From the IMG/VR virus record IMGVR_UViG_3300050500_000418: 64,000 nucleotides of DNA; one strand, 5' to 3'. The notes under the pieces are model-generated. The model was not told where the DNA came from. It was given only the letters and a program-made list of their open reading frames with translations, and ran no database searches. The number at the start of each line of letters is the position of its first letter. Position 1 is the first letter of the stretch. Source of the stretch: a virus. Of this stretch, positions 15,047 to 23,647 are shown one piece after another. The position numbers and the translations under genes were made by a program.

Positions 15047-15453
15047 TGCACGTGGACGAGGCGGCCGCCTACGCCGCATGGATCGCCGGTGAGCCGGTAC
15101 CCTGCACCTGCGGCGCCCTCCTGACCCGCACCACCTGGGTCGGGCGCCGCGAGGACCTGGACCCCCACGATGAGCCGGAGGGGACGTGGGCGCACCAGGG
15201 CGCCCACGGTGAGATCCTCGAGACCGGCCACCGGGCCGTCCCCGCGACCTGGCAGCGCCCACCCGTAGAGGTCATCGATGCGACGACTGATGACGTCCGC
15301 TCGGCGCTGCGATCGCACCTGGCCGACGCCGACGTCACACGCGCCCAGATCGACGCTGAGACGGCCGCCGGCCGCTGGTCCGCCAACGAGCACCGGTGGC
15401 TGGCCTGGGCCTCTCACTTCGCTGGGCTGTGCGGTATCCAGGGCGAGCCATGA
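15046..15453 (+). CDS. hypothetical protein
   Basis: ORF track; TGATG overlap. Confidence 0.6.
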   Translation: MHVDEAAAYAAWIAGEPVPCTCGALLTRTTWVGRREDLDPHDEPEGTWAHQGAHGEILETGHRAVPATWQRPPVEVIDATTDDVRSALRSHLADADVTRAQIDAETAAGRWSANEHRWLAWASHFAGLCGIQGEP

Positions 15454-15458
15454 CGCCC

Positions 15459-15488
15459 TCGACACGACCCGCTAACCCGGGTTACTAT
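15459..15488 (+). promoter_or_regulatory. cassette: -35 TCGACA, CTAACCCGGGTTAC, -10 TACTAT
   Basis: Exact 12-mer core; 18-nt spacing; ATGAGCAC at 15496. Confidence 0.6.
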
Positions 15489-15495
15489 CCAGGGC

Positions 15496-15885
15496 ATGAG
15501 CACCACCTTCGCTACTGAGCCCAACGGCCGCCCCCTGTGCCCGTGGGTGACCACCGTCCCGGCCACCCCGTACAACGTGTGGCACGGCGCCCGCTTCAAC
15601 CTGGCCGCCGCCCGCTTCGACCGCAAGGCCGACGCCCTCGGCCTCACCGATGAGGAGATCGGCGGCGGCTACGCCACCCGCGAGCAGGCCCTCTGGGACG
15701 CCGCCGTCGAGCACCTCCTGACCATCGAGCTGGAGCGGCCCACCCTGCGGGAGGCCATCGCCGCTACCCGCCTGTGGGACGAGAAGCACGCCGCTGGCCT
15801 CTGCCCCGCTGAGGCCGTAGCCTGGGCGCTCAACCTGCCCCAGGGCATGACGGACCGCCTCCTGCGGGACGCCCCGTCCATGTGA
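15496..15885 (+). CDS. hypothetical protein (leaderless, MST.. start)
   Basis: ORF track. Confidence 0.65.
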   Translation: MSTTFATEPNGRPLCPWVTTVPATPYNVWHGARFNLAAARFDRKADALGLTDEEIGGGYATREQALWDAAVEHLLTIELERPTLREAIAATRLWDEKHAAGLCPAEAVAWALNLPQGMTDRLLRDAPSM

Positions 15886-15891
15886 TCGCCG

Positions 15892-15929
15892 GAGGAGGGG
15901 GCGCCCCGCACCCGGGGCGCCCCCTCCTC
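15892..15929 (+). terminator. intrinsic-terminator-like hairpin
   Basis: About 16-bp GC stem GAGGAGGGGGCGCCCC/GGGGCGCCCCCTCCTC right after stop of 15496..15885. Confidence 0.6.
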
Positions 15930-15940
15930 GCGTCTCCCGC

Positions 15941-15970
15941 TAGACCGATGGCGCTAACCCGGGTTAGTAT
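15941..15970 (+). promoter_or_regulatory. cassette: -35 TAGACC, CTAACCCGGGTTAG, -10 TAGTAT
   Basis: Exact palindrome; 18-nt spacing; ATGAGCAC at 15977. Confidence 0.6.
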
Positions 15971-15976
15971 CTTCGT

Positions 15977-16204
15977 ATGAGCACGAACCCCTTCGGACCA
16001 GTCCCCATGGGCCACCTGTTCACCTTCGCCGTCGTGTACGGCACCGGCCCCGACGCCACCATCGAGGAGATCGACGTGGAGGCTCCCAATCTGGACTCGG
16101 CCCGCAAGGCCGCTGAGGCCCAGGCGGCCGCCGAGCTGGAACCCGGCTGGGACCGCATCGTCCCCATGGCCCCCGGCGGCTCCGGTGGCCTGGTCATCTT
16201 CTGA
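15977..16204 (+). CDS. hypothetical protein (leaderless, MST.. start)
   Basis: ORF track. Confidence 0.65.
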   Translation: MSTNPFGPVPMGHLFTFAVVYGTGPDATIEEIDVEAPNLDSARKAAEAQAAAELEPGWDRIVPMAPGGSGGLVIF

Positions 16205-16454
16205 CCTCCCGGCGGCCCGCCGCCTGGTCCGTGCACTCGACGGGCTGGGCGGCGGGCCGGAGGGGACCCTCACCCTGGGCCGCGCCATGACGCCCGCCCA
16301 GTGGGAGCAGGCGGCCGTGCACCTGGCCGGCATGGCCGCGCCCACCATCCCCGTGATTGAGGCGGCCCTGGGCATGCTCACCGACCGCGTCGGGTGCGCT
16401 CTGGCGTGGGACCGCCTCACCCACGGCAACTTCCCCCACCGCCGCCCCGCTTGA
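16185..16454 (+). CDS. hypothetical protein
   Basis: ORF track (GTG start, 20-nt overlap; start uncertain); stop TGA lies inside next -35 TTGACA. Confidence 0.45.
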   Translation: MAWSSSDLPAARRLVRALDGLGGGPEGTLTLGRAMTPAQWEQAAVHLAGMAAPTIPVIEAALGMLTDRVGCALAWDRLTHGNFPHRRPA

Positions 16455-16480
16455 CAGACGCCGCTAACCCGGGTTAGTGT
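16451..16480 (+). promoter_or_regulatory. cassette: -35 TTGACA, CTAACCCGGGTTAG, -10 TAGTGT
   Basis: Consensus -35, exact palindrome, 18-nt spacing; ATGAGCAC at 16488. Confidence 0.7.
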
Positions 16481-16487
16481 CATCGGC

Positions 16488-16817
16488 ATGAGCACCGACT
16501 ACACCAGCGCCTGCAACGAAGCTGCCACCGCCCAGGGCCTCGACCCCATCACCGCTGCCCTCACCGCGGCGGGCATCGACCATGACGTCGCCCAGACCGG
16601 CGGCTTCTGCATGGTCATCGAGATCACCTCCGCCCACGACGCCGGCGCCAAGCTGTGCATGACGGCCGACACCGCTGAGGACGGCGAGGCCCTCGTGTGC
16701 TACCTGTCCGCTGACGCCGCCCAGGGCGAGGCCGACGAGGTCCTCGTGGGCGACCTGCCCATCGAGGTCGCCGTGGCCACGGCCCGCAGCTTCGTGGACA
16801 GCGGCATCGTCCCCTGA
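16488..16817 (+). CDS. hypothetical acidic protein (leaderless, MST.. start)
   Basis: ORF track. Confidence 0.65.
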   Translation: MSTDYTSACNEAATAQGLDPITAALTAAGIDHDVAQTGGFCMVIEITSAHDAGAKLCMTADTAEDGEALVCYLSADAAQGEADEVLVGDLPIEVAVATARSFVDSGIVP

Positions 16818-16828
16818 CCCCTTCCGCC

Positions 16829-16861
16829 AGATGCCGCCGGGCCACCGCCCCGGCGGCATCT
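16829..16861 (+). terminator. intrinsic-terminator-like hairpin
   Basis: 13-bp stem AGATGCCGCCGGG/CCCGGCGGCATCT followed by TCGCG. Confidence 0.6.
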
Positions 16862-16873
16862 TCGCGCTCACCC

Positions 16874-16903
16874 TTGACCGAACCCGCTAACCCGGGTTAG
16901 TAT
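16874..16903 (+). promoter_or_regulatory. cassette: -35 TTGACC, CTAACCCGGGTTAG, -10 TAGTAT
   Basis: 33-nt near-identity with copies at 3977 and 26113; ATGAGCAC at 16910. Confidence 0.7.
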
Positions 16904-16909
16904 CTTCCT

Positions 16910-17110
16910 ATGAGCACGACGCACCTGAGCCGCAGCCCCCGCTTCATCCGCAAGGGCGACGTCATCGTCGCCGGTGTGACCCGCAAGGTCGTCAACCACG
17001 TCGTCGCCACCGACGGGGGCATGCTCATCACCACCACCTACCAGGGCCGCACCGGCCGCATGGTCTACAGCGACTCGGTGCGCTTCGACATCGAGCGGCC
17101 GGCCGCCTGA
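16910..17110 (+). CDS. hypothetical protein (leaderless, MST.. start)
   Basis: ORF track. Confidence 0.65.
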   Translation: MSTTHLSRSPRFIRKGDVIVAGVTRKVVNHVVATDGGMLITTTYQGRTGRMVYSDSVRFDIERPAA

Positions 17111-17123
17111 GAGTGAGACCCGC

Positions 17124-17158
17124 CAGCGGCGCCGCACCCACCAGGGGCGGCGCCGCTG
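17124..17158 (+). terminator. intrinsic-terminator-like hairpin
   Basis: 12-bp stem CAGCGGCGCCGC/GCGGCGCCGCTG. Confidence 0.55.
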
Positions 17159-17177
17159 CCGCGTCCGGGGCGCTCAC

Positions 17178-17189
17178 GTGGGTTAGCGT
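17178..17189 (+). promoter_or_regulatory. degenerate half-cassette (GTGGGTTAG) with -10 TAGCGT
   Basis: Right half of palindrome only; ATG 17197 7 nt after -10. Confidence 0.35.
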
Positions 17190-17196
17190 GGCCGGC

Positions 17197-17376
17197 ATGA
17201 ACCCCCGCGACGCCTACCGCATCCTCTCCGAGCGGCTGCCCGCCGATCCCTCCGACAACGATCCCATCCCCGTCCCGCCCGCCGCCGTGCGGGCCCTCCT
17301 CCCCGGCCCCCAGAACGTGGCCCGCCTCCTGATCCTCCTCGGCGTCGCCTTCCTCGTGGGCCGGGCCAGCAAGTAG
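17197..17376 (+). CDS. small membrane protein (leaderless)
   Basis: ATG 17197 in frame of ORF-track 17113..17376; C-terminal TM helix. Confidence 0.5.
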   Translation: MNPRDAYRILSERLPADPSDNDPIPVPPAAVRALLPGPQNVARLLILLGVAFLVGRASK

Positions 17377-17389
17377 CCCACCAGCTACG

Positions 17390-17420
17390 AGGGCCGCCAC
17401 TGTGCCCGGTGGCGGCCCTC
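17390..17420 (+). terminator. intrinsic-terminator-like hairpin
   Basis: 12-bp stem GAGGGCCGCCAC/GTGGCGGCCCTC. Confidence 0.55.
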
Positions 17421-17433
17421 AACGCGCCCGGGG

Positions 17434-17450
17434 CTAACCCGGGTTAATGT
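17434..17450 (+). promoter_or_regulatory. cassette: CTAACCCGGGTTAA with -10 TAATGT
   Basis: Exact 12-mer core; GTG 17458 7 nt after -10. Confidence 0.55.
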
Positions 17451-17457
17451 AACGGCC

Positions 17458-18009
17458 GTGACCGACGCACAGACCGAGACCGAGGCGCCCCGCGCCTACC
17501 AGCACCCGCCCTTCATGGTCGAGCGCATCGCCGCCACCATCGCATCGGTGAGCACGCCCCTCTCCCTGACCGAGATGCCCGCCGGCGTCCGCACCGTCGT
17601 GGAGGCGCTGGCCCGGGAAGTCCTCGACGCCATCCGCGGTGACGAGGCCGACTGGCCCGAGCCGCCCCTGGAGCGGGCCCTCACTCCCGATGAGGTGGAC
17701 CGCATCACCCACAGCTACGACCGCACGGGCGTCCTCTTCAAAGACATCTACCGGCTGGCGGACAGCCACCGCCTCATCCACAACGCCCTCCTCGAGGAGT
17801 ACAAGGACACTGAGGCGGACCGCTCCACGGGCGGCCGCTACCTGGGCGAGTTGCTGTGGCTCGTCGCCCACCTCGCCGACCGGGTCTCGCCTGAGGTCCT
17901 GCTGCCGCCCCGCCTGGCCGGCCACGTGGCCGGCGCCCGCGCCATCTATGACCCCGGCCGCTACACCGTGGGCGTCCCGGTCGCGAGCACGGCCCCCGCC
18001 TCAGAGTGA
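17458..18009 (+). CDS. hypothetical protein (leaderless GTG start)
   Basis: ORF track. Confidence 0.6.
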   Translation: MTDAQTETEAPRAYQHPPFMVERIAATIASVSTPLSLTEMPAGVRTVVEALAREVLDAIRGDEADWPEPPLERALTPDEVDRITHSYDRTGVLFKDIYRLADSHRLIHNALLEEYKDTEADRSTGGRYLGELLWLVAHLADRVSPEVLLPPRLAGHVAGARAIYDPGRYTVGVPVASTAPASE

Positions 18010-18680
18010 AGGCCCTCACCGTCAAGGCCCACTGGGGCCTGTGCCTGGTAGGCGGCTTCAAGTGGATCGAGACGAGGCCCCGCCCGTGCAAGTACCGGGG
18101 CCGGCTGGCCATCCACCACAACCGCGACCGCCAGAGCTTCTGGGAGGTGTGGCACGCCGGCCACCAGTACGCCTACAGCGTCGAGGCCCGCATCGTCGCC
18201 GCGATCTCCAGCCTCGAGCTTGACCTCGTGGCCGACGATGACGACTACTTCTGCGCCATCACCGGGGGCGTCGAGCTCGTTGAGTGTGTGCCCATCGTGG
18301 CCGAGCCCTTCGAAGCGACGCCAGAGGCGCTGGCCGCCGGGGCCATCGTCGTGGACGCGGCCGGGGACCGGGCCTGCTACTACCGGCCCGGCATCGGGAC
18401 CAGCGAGGCGTGCCTGGACGTCTCCGACCAGCTCCCCCTCGGCGACTTCACTCCAGGGCGCTACGGCCTCATCATGCGGGACCCCGCGACCATCCTCGAC
18501 CGGTGCCCCTACTGCTGGGGCCGCGGCGAGGTGGACCCTGACCCTGACGTGGGCGGCGTGATCATCGAGGCCCACGGCCGGCGCCACCAGCAGTGCCCCG
18601 TCTGCGGGGGCAAGGGCGCCACCCCCGCCCCGGTCCCCGCCCGCGGGCAAGTCTCCGTCCCCTGGAACTGGAACCCATGA
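18006..18680 (+). CDS. ASCH-like domain protein with C-terminal CxxCxGxG zinc-finger motifs
   Basis: ORF track; GTGA overlap; ..KWIETRPRPCKYRGRLAIHH.. plus CPYCWGRG and CPVCGGKG. Confidence 0.5.
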   Translation: MKALTVKAHWGLCLVGGFKWIETRPRPCKYRGRLAIHHNRDRQSFWEVWHAGHQYAYSVEARIVAAISSLELDLVADDDDYFCAITGGVELVECVPIVAEPFEATPEALAAGAIVVDAAGDRACYYRPGIGTSEACLDVSDQLPLGDFTPGRYGLIMRDPATILDRCPYCWGRGEVDPDPDVGGVIIEAHGRRHQQCPVCGGKGATPAPVPARGQVSVPWNWNP

Positions 18681-19078
18681 CGAGCCAGCCCCGTCACCCT
18701 CGGCCGCCCATGCGCTTCCCGGGCGCTCATGGCTCCGTCCCCGCCCGGCACCGAGGACCGCGCCGGTGGATACTCGGCCACTGTGGCGCCTGCACGCTGC
18801 CCCTCGCTGTGGCCGGCGTCCAGGACGGGAGCGTCCACGTGTGGCGCGCCGTCAAAGTCGACAACGAGCGCCTCCGTGACATCCAGTCACAGAACCCGGG
18901 CTGGCCCGCCCACGGCACATGGATAGCCAGCCCCACCAACCTCACTGAGTGGGCCCTAGCCACTCGATGCCCCCGGTGCCAGACCCGCCACACCATCACC
19001 CACCCCCAAGCCCTGGCGCTGGCCTCAGCGGCCATCTCGGCTGGCGCCCGCCGCTTCACCATCGGAGAGACCCCATGA
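18677..19078 (+). CDS. hypothetical protein
   Basis: ATG 18677 (ATGA overlap) in frame of ORF-track 18593..19078. Confidence 0.55.
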   Translation: MTSQPRHPRPPMRFPGAHGSVPARHRGPRRWILGHCGACTLPLAVAGVQDGSVHVWRAVKVDNERLRDIQSQNPGWPAHGTWIASPTNLTEWALATRCPRCQTRHTITHPQALALASAAISAGARRFTIGETP

Positions 19079-19320
19079 ACCGCCACCGCCTCGCCATCAC
19101 CGCCGCCGCCGTGCCCGGCATCATCCTTGGGACGTGCATCCTCGTGGGGCACTGGGCGCGTTGCCCCGAGCGGTCCCGCGGCCACGGCCGCTGCGTCCTG
19201 GCCCGCGGCCACGCCCGCCCCGAGGGCGGCCGCTCCGCGCCGAGCACGACCCGCCACATCGGCGTCCACGGCCGCGGATGGACGAAGGTCACCGTCCAGC
19301 ACGTGCGCCGCGTCAGCTAG
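19075..19320 (+). CDS. small basic membrane protein
   Basis: ATG 19075 (ATGA overlap) in frame of ORF-track 18949..19320. Confidence 0.5.
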   Translation: MNRHRLAITAAAVPGIILGTCILVGHWARCPERSRGHGRCVLARGHARPEGGRSAPSTTRHIGVHGRGWTKVTVQHVRRVS

Positions 19321-19340
19321 ACCCCCCGACCCGTATACAC

Positions 19341-19353
19341 CCCCGGTTACCCT
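19341..19353 (+). promoter_or_regulatory. half-cassette CCCCGGTTA with -10-like TACCCT
   Basis: TACCCT 19348-19353, GTG 19362 8 nt downstream; same TACC(C/G)T-N6-8-GTG layout at 48320 and 50901. Confidence 0.3.
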
Positions 19354-19361
19354 CTCCCCCT

Positions 19362-19616
19362 GTGGGAACCCGACCCATCTGCTACCGGGCAGCACCGGAG
19401 ATCGCGGACCTCGTAGACCGCGCCGCAGCAGATGACGAAGTGACGCGCAGCGACTGGCTCGCCGGCCTCATCGACCGGGGCCTGGAGGGGAAGGGCCTAC
19501 TCTCCGCGGACCAGGTTCGTGAGCGGCGCGTCGCCCGGGTGGCGGCCGCCGACCATGAACGCTCCATGGGCCGCGGCGTCCGCCGATACCGACCCCACCC
19601 CGAGGACTACCAGTGA
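19362..19616 (+). CDS. putative ribbon-helix-helix DNA-binding protein
   Basis: GTG 19362 in frame of ORF-track 19134..19616; ..ICYRAAPEIADLVDRAAADDEVTRSDWLAGLIDRGL.. fits a beta-strand plus two-helix pattern. Confidence 0.45.
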   Translation: MGTRPICYRAAPEIADLVDRAAADDEVTRSDWLAGLIDRGLEGKGLLSADQVRERRVARVAAADHERSMGRGVRRYRPHPEDYQ

Positions 19617-20128
19617 AGTACCTCCGCAGCATCTTCCCGACGATGAACCGCTGGCGCACCGCCGAGGACGATGTGGCCGCCATCCAGCAGGCCGCAGCAC
19701 AGACCGAGGAACGCTTCCTCGTTGATGCGCCCACAACCACCGAGTGGACGGACCCCTCCTCGGACCCGCTGGGCGATGTAGCCGCCGCTGCGGCCCAACT
19801 CCGGGCGACGGCCCTGGCCGCCCGCCGCACCATGGACGCCCACGATGAAGTAACGACGGCCGTCGAGGAGCGCCTGGCCGAGCTCGACGACGAGATCGCC
19901 GGGACGCACCGGCGCATCGCGGCCGCCGCCTGGGCAGAGGTCGCCGAGGCTGGCCTCTTCGACCAGGACCACACCCACACCTGGGACCGCGACGACGTCC
20001 AGGGCCGCCCCGGCTTCGCCTGTGCGTGCGGCAAGTCCAAGTGCGACCTCCTGCGCTGCGTCCTCGAGCAGGACCACGAGCCGCCCCGACACGGCTTCGC
20101 CTCCGACCCGCCTCTACTCGGAGGGTAG
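19613..20128 (+). CDS. hypothetical protein (small-terminase position)
   Basis: ORF track; GTGA overlap; immediately upstream of large terminase. Function assigned by position only. Confidence 0.45.
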   Translation: MKYLRSIFPTMNRWRTAEDDVAAIQQAAAQTEERFLVDAPTTTEWTDPSSDPLGDVAAAAAQLRATALAARRTMDAHDEVTTAVEERLAELDDEIAGTHRRIAAAAWAEVAEAGLFDQDHTHTWDRDDVQGRPGFACACGKSKCDLLRCVLEQDHEPPRHGFASDPPLLGG

Positions 20129-21616
20129 GTGCCCTCCCCGGCCGAGCTGATCGCCGACCGCCTTGCACGGGAGGACCTCACGCCCCAGGAGCGGCGTGAG
20201 GTCCTCAAGACGGTCGCTGGCCGGGCCAGGGACTGGCGCTTCTGGGCCAGACCCGACCAGCTAGAGCCGCCCGGGGACTGGCAAATCTGGCCCGTCATCG
20301 CCGGCCGAGGAGCCGGCAAGACGAGGACGGGCGCCGAGTACTGCATCGACCGGGCCATCCAGTACCACCGGGCCAACGTGGAGATGCGCGGCGGCCTCGT
20401 GGGCCGGACCGCAGCGGACGTCCGCGACACCATGGTCGAGGGTGAGTCGGGCATCATGGCCTGCCTCGACCGCCGCAAGATCGCAGCGAAGTACGAGCCG
20501 GGCCGCCGCCGCATCGTCATCCGGCCCCTGCAAGCGACGCTTCACACCTACTCGGCGATGGAGCCTGACAGCCTCCGAGGCCCCCAGCATCACACCCTGT
20601 GGTGCGATGAGCCCGGGGCCTGGCGCCACCGCACCGACGCCCAGGGCAACAACGCCTGGACGAACGCCCTCTTCGGGTTGCGCCTCGACGCGGCGGGCCT
20701 CATCCCCCGGGTCGTGGCCACCACCACCCCCAAGCCCATCCCCCTCATCAAGGAATGGTTCGAGGCGTGCGCGCCGTGCAAGCGCCCGGCGGGCCACACC
20801 GGCAAGCACGGTGGCCGGGAGGCCCAGGACGACCGGGAGGCCCCCCTGTGCGGCATCATCGACGGCCGCGTCGTCATGACCCGCGGGAGTCTCTACGACA
20901 ACATCGCCCACCTGGCGCCGATGTTCGTCTCCCAGATCGTCGACCGGTACCGGGACTCGCCGCTGGGCGCACAGGAGATCTTCGGGCGCCTCGTCCTGTC
21001 CAACCCCGGGGCCCTCTGGCAGATGGCCAAGATCGAGGCGTCCCGGCGCCTCACCACCCCCGAGTTGTCCCGGGTCATCATCGCCGTGGATCCGCCGGCC
21101 GAGGCCATCGCTGAGTGCGGCATCATCGTGCTGGGCATCGGCGCCTGGGACCGGGAGGTGTACGTCCTCGATGACCTCTCCCTGGTGGCCCGCGGCGAGG
21201 ACTGGGGCGCCAAGATCGTCGAGGCGTACCGCAACACTGAGGGGCTGTACCCCATCGACCCCAGCCTCGTCGTCGCTGAGCGGAACATGGGCGGCGACAT
21301 GGTCCGCACCGTCATTCACCTCCAGGACTCCGGCATCCTCTACGAGCCCGTCAACGCATCACAGTCCAAGTGGGAGCGCGCCGAGCCCGTTGCCTCCGCG
21401 TACAGCCAAGTCCACCACGTGGACTACTTCCCCGACTTGGAGGCTCAGATGTGCACCTGGACGAAGGACGAGGACTTCTCACCGGACCGCCTTGATGCCC
21501 TCGTGCACGGCGTGCGGTACCTCATGCCCCACATCATCGGGGCGCCGGTGCAGAGCTTCTCGGCCGCGGACCTGCAACTCCAGTCGACAGTCATGCAACG
21601 CGGCGACCGCCTGTAG
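20129..21616 (+). CDS. terminase large subunit
   Basis: ORF track; Walker A VIAGRGAGKTRTG, Walker B-like LWCDEPG; size and position typical. Confidence 0.85.
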   Translation: MPSPAELIADRLAREDLTPQERREVLKTVAGRARDWRFWARPDQLEPPGDWQIWPVIAGRGAGKTRTGAEYCIDRAIQYHRANVEMRGGLVGRTAADVRDTMVEGESGIMACLDRRKIAAKYEPGRRRIVIRPLQATLHTYSAMEPDSLRGPQHHTLWCDEPGAWRHRTDAQGNNAWTNALFGLRLDAAGLIPRVVATTTPKPIPLIKEWFEACAPCKRPAGHTGKHGGREAQDDREAPLCGIIDGRVVMTRGSLYDNIAHLAPMFVSQIVDRYRDSPLGAQEIFGRLVLSNPGALWQMAKIEASRRLTTPELSRVIIAVDPPAEAIAECGIIVLGIGAWDREVYVLDDLSLVARGEDWGAKIVEAYRNTEGLYPIDPSLVVAERNMGGDMVRTVIHLQDSGILYEPVNASQSKWERAEPVASAYSQVHHVDYFPDLEAQMCTWTKDEDFSPDRLDALVHGVRYLMPHIIGAPVQSFSAADLQLQSTVMQRGDRL

Positions 21617-21626
21617 ACACCGGCCA

Positions 21627-21643
21627 CTAACCAGGGTTACCGT
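21627..21643 (+). promoter_or_regulatory. cassette variant CTAACCAGGGTTAC with -10-like TACCGT
   Basis: 1-mismatch 12-mer; here followed by a leader with SD-like GAGAGGGG before ATG 21688. Confidence 0.35.
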
Positions 21644-21687
21644 GAGGAGTCCGTAACCGCGACACCGTGAGAGGGGAATCCCCCGCC

Positions 21688-21903
21688 ATGGCCAGCCCCC
21701 AGGACACCACCCACCAGGTCACCGCCATCGGCACAGGCATCAGCCCGACCGCCGTCCGGGCCGCCGCTGAGCGTGCCCAGCGAGACCTCGCCACCATCTA
21801 CGAGACGCAGATCACCGGCCTCGCTGCCGGTGAGCAGCACGCCATCTCAACGGCCCGCTTCGTGTGCTCGGAGATCGTGGACGGCGACCGTCGTGTCATC
21901 TGA
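21688..21903 (+). CDS. hypothetical protein
   Basis: ATG 21688 in frame of ORF-track 21667..21903. Confidence 0.5.
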   Translation: MASPQDTTHQVTAIGTGISPTAVRAAAERAQRDLATIYETQITGLAAGEQHAISTARFVCSEIVDGDRRVI

Positions 21904-22213
21904 CCGAGCCGGCCGGCCGCGAGCGAACCTCGCGGTCGGCCGTCTGGTCGAGAGGGCCCGGGACCTGCTGGCCGCCGGCTGGTCGCCCCTCCACGCCCAG
22001 GGCCAGCACTACTGGGCACGCCGCAGCGGCGGCGTGGAGGAGCGCCAGGACCTAACGCCCGCCGATGGCGTGGCCCTCGACGCGCTGACGATCCTGGGGG
22101 CTGACACCGGCCACGGGTTCCCCCACAGCCACCCCCATGCCGGGCACACCTACCATCACCGGCACCGGGGCGGGCACCGCCGCCACACCCACCTCCTCCA
22201 GGAGCCCGAGTGA
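21893..22213 (+). CDS. hypothetical protein, His-rich C-terminus
   Basis: Frame of ORF-track 21773..22213; start uncertain (GTG 21893). Confidence 0.4.
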   Translation: MSSDRAGRPRANLAVGRLVERARDLLAAGWSPLHAQGQHYWARRSGGVEERQDLTPADGVALDALTILGADTGHGFPHSHPHAGHTYHHRHRGGHRRHTHLLQEPE

Positions 22214-22515
22214 ACGTCTTCCCCATCTCCGTACTCGACCCCGCCAACCCCGCCGTCATCCGGTACCGCGACTGCCGCCTCACCTGGGATGGCACCACCT
22301 CCCGCGTGTGGACGTGGCCCTCCAACGCGCCCAAGGCGTACGCCCTCATCACCGTGGAGGGCACCCCTGAGAACGACGGGAACCTCTACCGCCTCGAGAC
22401 GCCCGACGGCCCGATCCTCCTGCGTGAGGAGGAGTCGTGCGGCTGCGGCTCCAAGCTCAAGGGCTACACCCCCACCGCGGCCAAGCCCACCCGCGCCTTC
22501 ACCGAGTCGCCGTGA
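22210..22515 (+). CDS. hypothetical protein
   Basis: ORF track; GTGA overlap. Confidence 0.55.
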   Translation: MNVFPISVLDPANPAVIRYRDCRLTWDGTTSRVWTWPSNAPKAYALITVEGTPENDGNLYRLETPDGPILLREEESCGCGSKLKGYTPTAAKPTRAFTESP

Positions 22516-22552
22516 TGGCACCCCGGACCCTCACTGAGGAGGAGTCCTGATC

Positions 22553-22828
22553 GTGGCCTGCAAGAAGTGCGGCAACGAGATCGTCTGGATGGCCGTGGAC
22601 CTTCGGACCGGCGCCCGTCGCAACATGCCCGTCGACGCCGGCGTCGGCTCCGACGAGGTCATCCGGCCCCGCCAGGTACCGGATGGGAACCTCCGGCCCA
22701 TGGGCACCACCGTCCAGGGACGCTACGGGCCCGTCAGCCTCGCCAAGTACGTTCCGCCCGGCGAGGGCCGCTACCGCATCCACCAGTGCCCGAGGCGCAA
22801 CGAGACCCGCAGAGGCGCCGCCAGATGA
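22553..22828 (+). CDS. small zinc-ribbon-like protein
   Basis: ORF track; SD-like GAGGAGGAG upstream; CKKC..HQCP. Confidence 0.55.
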   Translation: MACKKCGNEIVWMAVDLRTGARRNMPVDAGVGSDEVIRPRQVPDGNLRPMGTTVQGRYGPVSLAKYVPPGEGRYRIHQCPRRNETRRGAAR

Positions 22829-23145
22829 CCACCACCAACCCGGGCTGCGACATCCCCGGCTGCGTCGTGGATCACCGACCCAAGACGCCGCCCATGGTGG
22901 TCACCGGAGGCTGGTGCGCCCCCATCACGCCCGGGTCGCCTTTCGACTTCTGGGGCGGCATCCGCACGCCGTGGCTCTACCCCGACGACCGGTGGGCCGA
23001 TGACCTCAACGTGACGGCATGGCTGTTCCCCGCCTGGGCTGCGCTGGAGGCCCGGGGCCGCGACTACCGCCGCCGCTACCGCGCCGTGAAGGGCTGCCTC
23101 CGCCTGGCATGGACGGCCGCCCGCCGCCGCACCCATGACCAGTGA
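22825..23145 (+). CDS. hypothetical protein
   Basis: ATG 22825 (ATGA overlap) in frame of ORF-track 22567..23145. Confidence 0.55.
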   Translation: MTTTNPGCDIPGCVVDHRPKTPPMVVTGGWCAPITPGSPFDFWGGIRTPWLYPDDRWADDLNVTAWLFPAWAALEARGRDYRRRYRAVKGCLRLAWTAARRRTHDQ

Positions 23146-23169
23146 TGACTACCCCGAGGACGAGGACAC

Positions 23170-23577
23170 GTGACCATCCACATCGCCGGCCTTGACGTGC
23201 AAGTCGGTCCCCTCGTACGCCAGCTCTGCGCCTGGTGCGGCGAGACCATCGAGAACCGTGACCTGTCCAAGGAGAAGGTGGCCGTCCAGCCCGGCCACCC
23301 CATCCCAGAGACCCGCAGCGGCTGGCCCATCGGCGCCCTCATCGAGATCACCACCAGCCCCACAGGCGGCGGCCGCATCGTGTCCATCGTCGACCACGAC
23401 CCCGCCGTGAAGCTCCCCATCGACTGCTGCGCGATGGATGAACCGGAGGCGACCGACCTCCTCGACCACCCCGACCTGGCCACCCTCGACGGGGACCTCG
23501 ACGAGACGCACGCCCGCATCGCGGACCGCAACAACGACGACGAGCGCGGCCTCTACGGGGGCGGCCCCGCGTCCTGA
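23170..23577 (+). CDS. hypothetical protein
   Basis: ORF track (GTG start). Confidence 0.55.
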   Translation: MTIHIAGLDVQVGPLVRQLCAWCGETIENRDLSKEKVAVQPGHPIPETRSGWPIGALIEITTSPTGGGRIVSIVDHDPAVKLPIDCCAMDEPEATDLLDHPDLATLDGDLDETHARIADRNNDDERGLYGGGPAS

Positions 23578-23610
23578 CGCCCTGCTCCCGGGCCAACTTC
23601 CAGCCCACCC

Positions 23611-23639
23611 TAGACGCTTCCCCTAACCCGGGTTAGCAT
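23611..23639 (+). promoter_or_regulatory. cassette: -35 TAGACG, CTAACCCGGGTTAG, -10 TAGCAT
   Basis: Exact palindrome; ATGAGCAC at 23648. Confidence 0.55.
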
Positions 23640-23647
23640 CAACGGGC

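Noticed and set aside
19468-20520. Long minus-strand ORFs throughout the window (for example 19468..20520, 25709..26737, 58541..59920, 7393..8487, 12345..13379)
   Set aside because: They lie antisense to + strand ORFs that have recognisable domains, coupled starts and strong third-position G/C bias. Their products are Arg/Gly/Pro/Ala-rich low-complexity strings, typical of shadow ORFs in high-GC DNA. No promoter or cassette is present in that orientation.
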